Source: Roseibacillus sp. (lineage in GTDB: Bacteria; Verrucomicrobiota; Verrucomicrobiia; Verrucomicrobiales; Akkermansiaceae). Taken from it: a stretch of 64,000 nt of DNA. The stretch lies in the NCBI GenBank assembly GCA_051251855.1, contig JBPOGI010000007.1:128001-192000 (forward strand), written 5' to 3'. Positions 59,538 through 64,000 of this stretch are shown here, in pieces. The notes below the pieces were generated by a model that ran no database searches, was not told the DNA's origin, and saw nothing but the letters and a program-made list of their open reading frames with translations. The position numbers and the translations under genes are program-made. Each line of letters begins with the position of its first letter. Within the stretch, counting starts at the first letter, position 1.

Positions 59538-59575
59538 GGCCCTTTCATCGTTCTCGATGGAAGGGCTATTTTCTT
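59538..59575 (+). terminator. Terminator hairpin between convergent genes
   Basis: GGCCCTTTCATCG-TTCT-CGATGGAAGGGCT-ATTTTCTT. Confidence 0.7.
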
Positions 59576-59594
59576 AAGAGTGCCCTAAAGTCGT

Positions 59595-59852
59595 TTAGTT
59601 CCCTACACCGCCGCCATTTTTGAGAGCGGCCGCTCTCCTCTTTGTATCATTATCAGAAATCGACTCTCCGTTCTCATCATCCAAGCCAGTGGCCTGCCTG
59701 TTCACACTCCGCTCTCCCTCTCTTTCGCTTCTCTTCTGCTGATACGAAGGCACCATCTCCATTCCAGGGATAGGAGCCATCCACCAACCAAAGTACTGCC
59801 CACTCACTAGGAGGACCGCACCCGCAAAAATAAGAGTAATCGCTGATTTCAC
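59595..59852 (-). CDS. Small membrane-anchored hypothetical protein
   Basis: 85-aa ORF (GTG start) with N-terminal hydrophobic helix, ending just before the terminator. Confidence 0.45.
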   Translation of the reverse strand: MKSAITLIFAGAVLLVSGQYFGWWMAPIPGMEMVPSYQQKRSEREGERSVNRQATGLDDENGESISDNDTKRRAAALKNGGGVGN

Positions 59853-59960
59853 TTCGGTAGAATATCACAATTTCCAAAATTAAAAAAGGAGCGTTCTTGG
59901 GTGAGGCGAAATCACAGTGTATCCTTGATTCTTAGCCTGACAGTCCTGAGTCTACTTGTC

Positions 59961-60917
59961 TTGAAGGCGAAAAACATTCTCATCACGGGAGGAGCTGGCT
60001 TCATCGGCTCCCACCTTTCCGAACTTCTCATTGAAGAGGGTCACCAAGTGACCATTTTGGACGATTTCAACGACTACTACGATCCCGCCAACAAAGAAGC
60101 CAACCTCGCTCGCTTTCAGGATAAAGTCACCGTCATCCGAGCCGATATCCGTGACGCTGTCGCCGTAGAAAGAGCCTTTGCCGCGGGAAACTTCGATAGC
60201 GTCGTTCACCTAGCAGCACGAGCCGGCGTACGCCCCTCAATCTCGGATCCCAAACTTTACGTCACCACTAACATTGACGGCACCTTCAACCTTCTTGACG
60301 CCTGCCGCTATCATGAAGTCCCTCAGTTCATCTTCGCCTCTTCCTCTTCCGTCTACGGTGTGAACGAGAAGGTTCCCTTTGCTGAGACAGACGCCCTCAC
60401 CCGCACCATTTCCCCCTACGCGGCCACTAAACTCGCCTGTGAGCAGATTTGCTCGAACTACGCGCACTTGTTCGGCATTCGCATTATGTGTCTGCGCTTT
60501 TTCACCGTCTACGGACCCCGTCAAAGGCCCGACCTCGCCATCAACAAATTCACCAAGCGCATTCTCGCTGGCGAACCAATTCAACGTTATGGTGACGGCA
60601 GTAGCCGAAGGGACTACACCTTCATCAGCGACATCGTAGCCGGCATTCAAGCATCACTCACATATGAAGGGAGTAATTTCGAAATCGTTAACCTCGGAGG
60701 ATCACACACCACCACCTTAAGCGAGCTCATCGAAACCCTTGAGGACGTGATTGGCCAAGAAGCGATTATTGAAGAACTCCCTGACCAACCCGGCGACGTG
60801 CCTCAAACCTCAGCCGATGTCTCCAAGGCAAAAGCCATCTGGAACTGGGAGCCACAGGTCTCGATCAAGGACGGCCTCACCCAATACGTAGAATGGTTCC
60901 GCGAGCGAGGGCGCTAA
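59961..60917 (+). CDS. NAD-dependent epimerase (UDP-glucuronate 4-epimerase-like)
   Basis: TGGAGFIG, HLAARAGVRPS, ASSSSVYG, YAATK, RFFTVYGPRQRPDLA; TTG 59961 probable start. Confidence 0.9.
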   Translation: MKAKNILITGGAGFIGSHLSELLIEEGHQVTILDDFNDYYDPANKEANLARFQDKVTVIRADIRDAVAVERAFAAGNFDSVVHLAARAGVRPSISDPKLYVTTNIDGTFNLLDACRYHEVPQFIFASSSSVYGVNEKVPFAETDALTRTISPYAATKLACEQICSNYAHLFGIRIMCLRFFTVYGPRQRPDLAINKFTKRILAGEPIQRYGDGSSRRDYTFISDIVAGIQASLTYEGSNFEIVNLGGSHTTTLSELIETLEDVIGQEAIIEELPDQPGDVPQTSADVSKAKAIWNWEPQVSIKDGLTQYVEWFRERGR

Positions 60918-61053
60918 AGGACTGCCACAAGCCTCTCAATCACTGAAGCGATTTAACAAGCACTGTCACGACCGCTCCTTCATCCCGTCTTCGGTCACGA
61001 ACACTATAGAAGCCATGCTCGCTCCCTGAGGGACCTTCTCCTTCGCTCTCTTT

Positions 61054-62571
61054 ATGAAACAGCTTTCGCCAACTCGCCTATTCCTCGTTTTCCTTCTCGG
61101 AATGACGGTCTTTCGCTTGCTTTGGCACGCCCTCCTCAATCCCATGGGTATTATGGGTGACGAGGCTTACAACTGGGACTGGGGGCGTCACCTCGCTTGG
61201 GGTTACTATTCCAAGCCTCCTGGCTCGGCTTGGCTTCATGGCCTCGTGGGCTTTCTCAGCAACGACTCTTTATTCGCGATCAAAGCGACCGCCACCCTTC
61301 TCGCCGGAGGCAGCGCCCTCCTCTTCTTCTTCACCCTGAGGCATGTCTTCACCGAACGTTTCGCCTTTTGGGTCGGGCTCCTTTACCTCCTGTGCCCCGG
61401 CCAACAAATGGTTTCTTCCATCCTCACCGCCGACGCCCAACTCCTTCTTTATTGGAACCTGGCCCTCTTCGCCACTGCTCGGATTCTATTTCCCAAGGAA
61501 TCCCAATCTTCGAACTCTCTCAATTTTCTCCTTCTCTTCCTTGCGCTCGCTCTCGGCCATCTCGCCAAGCAGATGATGCTGATTCAGATTCCGCTTCTGC
61601 TGATGGCGGTGGCTTGGATTCGCCCCACTCTTTTTAAGAATCCCCTGCTCTACCTCGTCCCGATTGCCTCCTTAGTCAGCCTCATTCCTCCCCTCTACTG
61701 GAATGCTCAAAACGACTGGATCACAGTCGAACACACCGCCCATCACTTCGAGTCTGAGCAATTCTCTCTCCTAGCCATCCTAGAACGTTTCGGCGTGCTT
61801 CTTCTACTTTCCTCAATCTTGCTCACTCCCTTAGCGGTGGCTGCGATACCTCGTTCGTTACGACTTTGGATTCGAGAAAGAAGAAGAATCGCCCCCAAAA
61901 CAGCATTCTTCATTCTCTACGGAGCACTCCCATTCGCCATCATGTTCACCATGACCTTGCGGCAGGACGTTAACCCCAACTGGCCTGCTGCTTACCACGG
62001 AGGCACCTTGGCCCTAGCTGGAATCTTCTTTGCTTTCCGAGGGGAAGAACTCACCAAAGCTTGGCGCGTTTCAATGAGAATCGCCGTCGCCACCACCGCT
62101 CTCATTGTCGTCGGCTTTCCGGCAGCAGAATTGCTTTTCAAGGTCACCCCTCTCAAGGCCCAGCGCCGCACCTACTGGGGATACCCTGAACTATCGGCGA
62201 AGATTTCCCAACATAACCCCGAAGGCAACCACGCTATTATTTTGAGAGGCCACCGCGATGGCGCCTCCGAATTCGCCTTTAATATGCCAGGCAAACCTGA
62301 AGTTCACGTTTGGAACGAAAAAAACAGAATCGCTCACCAATACGACTTCTGGCCCGGCCCCGATGTCGGCACCCCCACCCTTCTCATCATCGAGAGGCGT
62401 CGAGAATCGAGTAAAGCAACACCGAGCGACCGAATGCGAGAGTCATTCGACGACATCGAGTTTCTTGGCGAGTATGGACTTCACCCCTCGCGAGACTACC
62501 CTCGCTTTAAAGTCTATCGAACTTCGCCCCTTAAGTCCTGGCCTTCGCCGATTGAGAGTTCGCGGCGATAA
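61054..62571 (+). CDS. GT-C glycosyltransferase (ArnT/GT39-like)
   Basis: DEAYNWDWGRHLAWGYYSKPP, many TM helices, WNAQNDW, NWP. Confidence 0.85.
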   Translation: MKQLSPTRLFLVFLLGMTVFRLLWHALLNPMGIMGDEAYNWDWGRHLAWGYYSKPPGSAWLHGLVGFLSNDSLFAIKATATLLAGGSALLFFFTLRHVFTERFAFWVGLLYLLCPGQQMVSSILTADAQLLLYWNLALFATARILFPKESQSSNSLNFLLLFLALALGHLAKQMMLIQIPLLLMAVAWIRPTLFKNPLLYLVPIASLVSLIPPLYWNAQNDWITVEHTAHHFESEQFSLLAILERFGVLLLLSSILLTPLAVAAIPRSLRLWIRERRRIAPKTAFFILYGALPFAIMFTMTLRQDVNPNWPAAYHGGTLALAGIFFAFRGEELTKAWRVSMRIAVATTALIVVGFPAAELLFKVTPLKAQRRTYWGYPELSAKISQHNPEGNHAIILRGHRDGASEFAFNMPGKPEVHVWNEKNRIAHQYDFWPGPDVGTPTLLIIERRRESSKATPSDRMRESFDDIEFLGEYGLHPSRDYPRFKVYRTSPLKSWPSPIESSRR

Positions 62572-62577
62572 CGACGC

Positions 62578-64000
62578 TCAGCCCAAGTCAGGCCGACCGT
62601 AAAGCGTATAGCCTGTCGAATCATCGACCTGAACATCGAAAATCTCGCCAGTCATACGCTCCACATCGCCATCAAAGATGACGATTTTATTGTGCACCGT
62701 ACGTCCACTCAGCCTGGCCTTGTTCGTCTTGCTTGGCCCCTCGCAAAGGACCTGCTGACGGGTTCCAATGAGAGCAGCATTCTTAGCCGTGGTGAGTTCA
62801 TTCTGAACACGAAGAAGCTCCTGATTCCGCTCCTCCTTCACCTTCTCAGAGAGCTGCCCCTCCATCTCAGATGCCGGCGTGTCTTTGCGCTTCGAATAGC
62901 GAAAGATGAAACTATTATCGAAGCCAATATGCTTCACACAATCGACCGTCGCTTGGAAGTCTTCTTCTGTTTCGGTCGGGAAGCCCACGATGATGTCGGT
63001 AGTGATCGCCATATCAGGCCGAGCCGCTTGCATTTTTTCACAAATCGCAATGAACTTCTCATTCTTGTAAGGACGACGCATCGCCTTCAAAATCCGGTCA
63101 CTACCACTTTGCATCGGAAAGTGAATGTGCGAACAAAGCTTGGGGAGGTAGGTGAACGCCGCCACCAAATCATCCCGATAACCAATCGGATGTGGACTCG
63201 TAAATCGAATACGCTCGATACCTTCCACCTCATGCACAGCCTCTAACAACTGCACGAATGGTGACTTACCATCGACCTTAGGAAACTCGGTTCGGCCATA
63301 GAGATTTACAATTTGCCCCAGCAAAGTAATTTCCTTCACCCCTTCGTCACGAAGGTGCTTCACCTCATCGACAATCTGGGTGATGGGACGCCCCCGCTCC
63401 TTTCCTCGAGTGTCTGGGACGATGCAAAAACTACAACGCATGTTGCAACCTTGCATGATGCTCACGAAAGAACTCGCCCTCTTCTCAGCAGAAGGGACAT
63501 GGTCACGGATCGTATTCTGGCTTCCGTCTTCCTCTTCAATATCGACCAGCCCCTCAGAAACAGGCTTAGGTTTACCGTTACTGCCCAAAGGACGAATGTG
63601 AACTTCTTCTTCCACTCGCGAGGTCACCATCTCAGCTCCGACCTCATCCATCCGACCCACCAGACGAGTTTTGAGAATCCCATCCACATGGTGAAAAACT
63701 CGGTGATACTTCTGAGTCCCCACCACGACATCGAGATGAGGGATCCTATCAAAAAGCTCCGCTCCTCGGCTCTGAGCCATGCAGCCCATAAATCCGTAGA
63801 CTACATGGGGCCGCTCCTCGCGGTGCTTCCCCATCATCCCCATCTTGCCCAAGGCCTTTTGCTCCGCCTGATCCCGCACCGAGCAGGTGTTTACCAGAAT
63901 GGCATCGGCATCGGTTTCATCCTTCGTCAGAGTGTAGCCTCCGTCCACGAACTCACGAGCAACCTGCTCGGAGTCGCGTTCGTTCATCTGTCATCCGTAG
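62578..64000 (-). CDS. miaB: tRNA i6A37 methylthiotransferase MiaB, 5'-partial, with in-frame UGA at the conserved Cys (candidate selenocysteine)
   Basis: YG-UGA-QMNERDSE, NTCSVR, GCMAQ, CNMRCSFC radical SAM motif, TSPHP, DIIVGFP, TRAM domain. Confidence 0.95.
63947..63979 (-). promoter_or_regulatory. Candidate SECIS element of miaB
   Basis: ACGCG-ACUC-CGAGCA-[GGU]-UGCUCG-U(bulge)-GAGU-UCGU; upper stem begins 20 nt and the loop 26 nt after the UGA. Confidence 0.7.

Noticed and set aside
1..64000. Global UGA reassignment (genetic code 4 or 25)
   Set aside because: Several genes end in TGA at expected positions, including ATGA overlaps at 34298, 44167 and 48686, and conserved Trp residues use TGG.

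Overview
Bacterial chromosomal window whose gene content (DUF1592/DUF1552 pair, sulfatase, GYF-DUF4190 protein, HEAT-repeat kinase) suggests a Verrucomicrobiales-like PVC organism (inference). About 1-39.5 kb and 57.6-64 kb are mostly housekeeping and envelope genes: nusA-infB-rbfA, trhO, ftsH, nupC, leuD, a class A PBP, a Na+/H+ antiporter and miaB. After a tRNA-Leu with the unusual anticodon AAG (39618-39705) lies a ~17.6 kb defence island with no visible integrase. It holds a truncated ferritin-like gene, SRAP, an orphan TorD-like chaperone, a WYL regulator with two matching GCGAC-N7-GTCGC operators, DUF2779 and PD-(D/E)XK nucleases, a DUF499-DUF3780-DUF1156-PLD/SNF2 restriction-like system and two further candidate effectors. 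The strongest signals missed by the ORF track are recoding events. (1) The DUF3780 gene has an A9 slippery run after which two frames stay open for >100 codons, one giving a very basic histone-H1-like tail and the other a very acidic tail ending in a clamp-binding-like QLELF. (2) miaB has UGA at the conserved Cys of YGCQMN, followed by a SECIS-like hairpin. (3) A secreted hypothetical protein has GGG-UGA-GGG, a similar hairpin and a 45-codon extension up to its terminator. All product calls come from motif recognition by eye; no searches were run.
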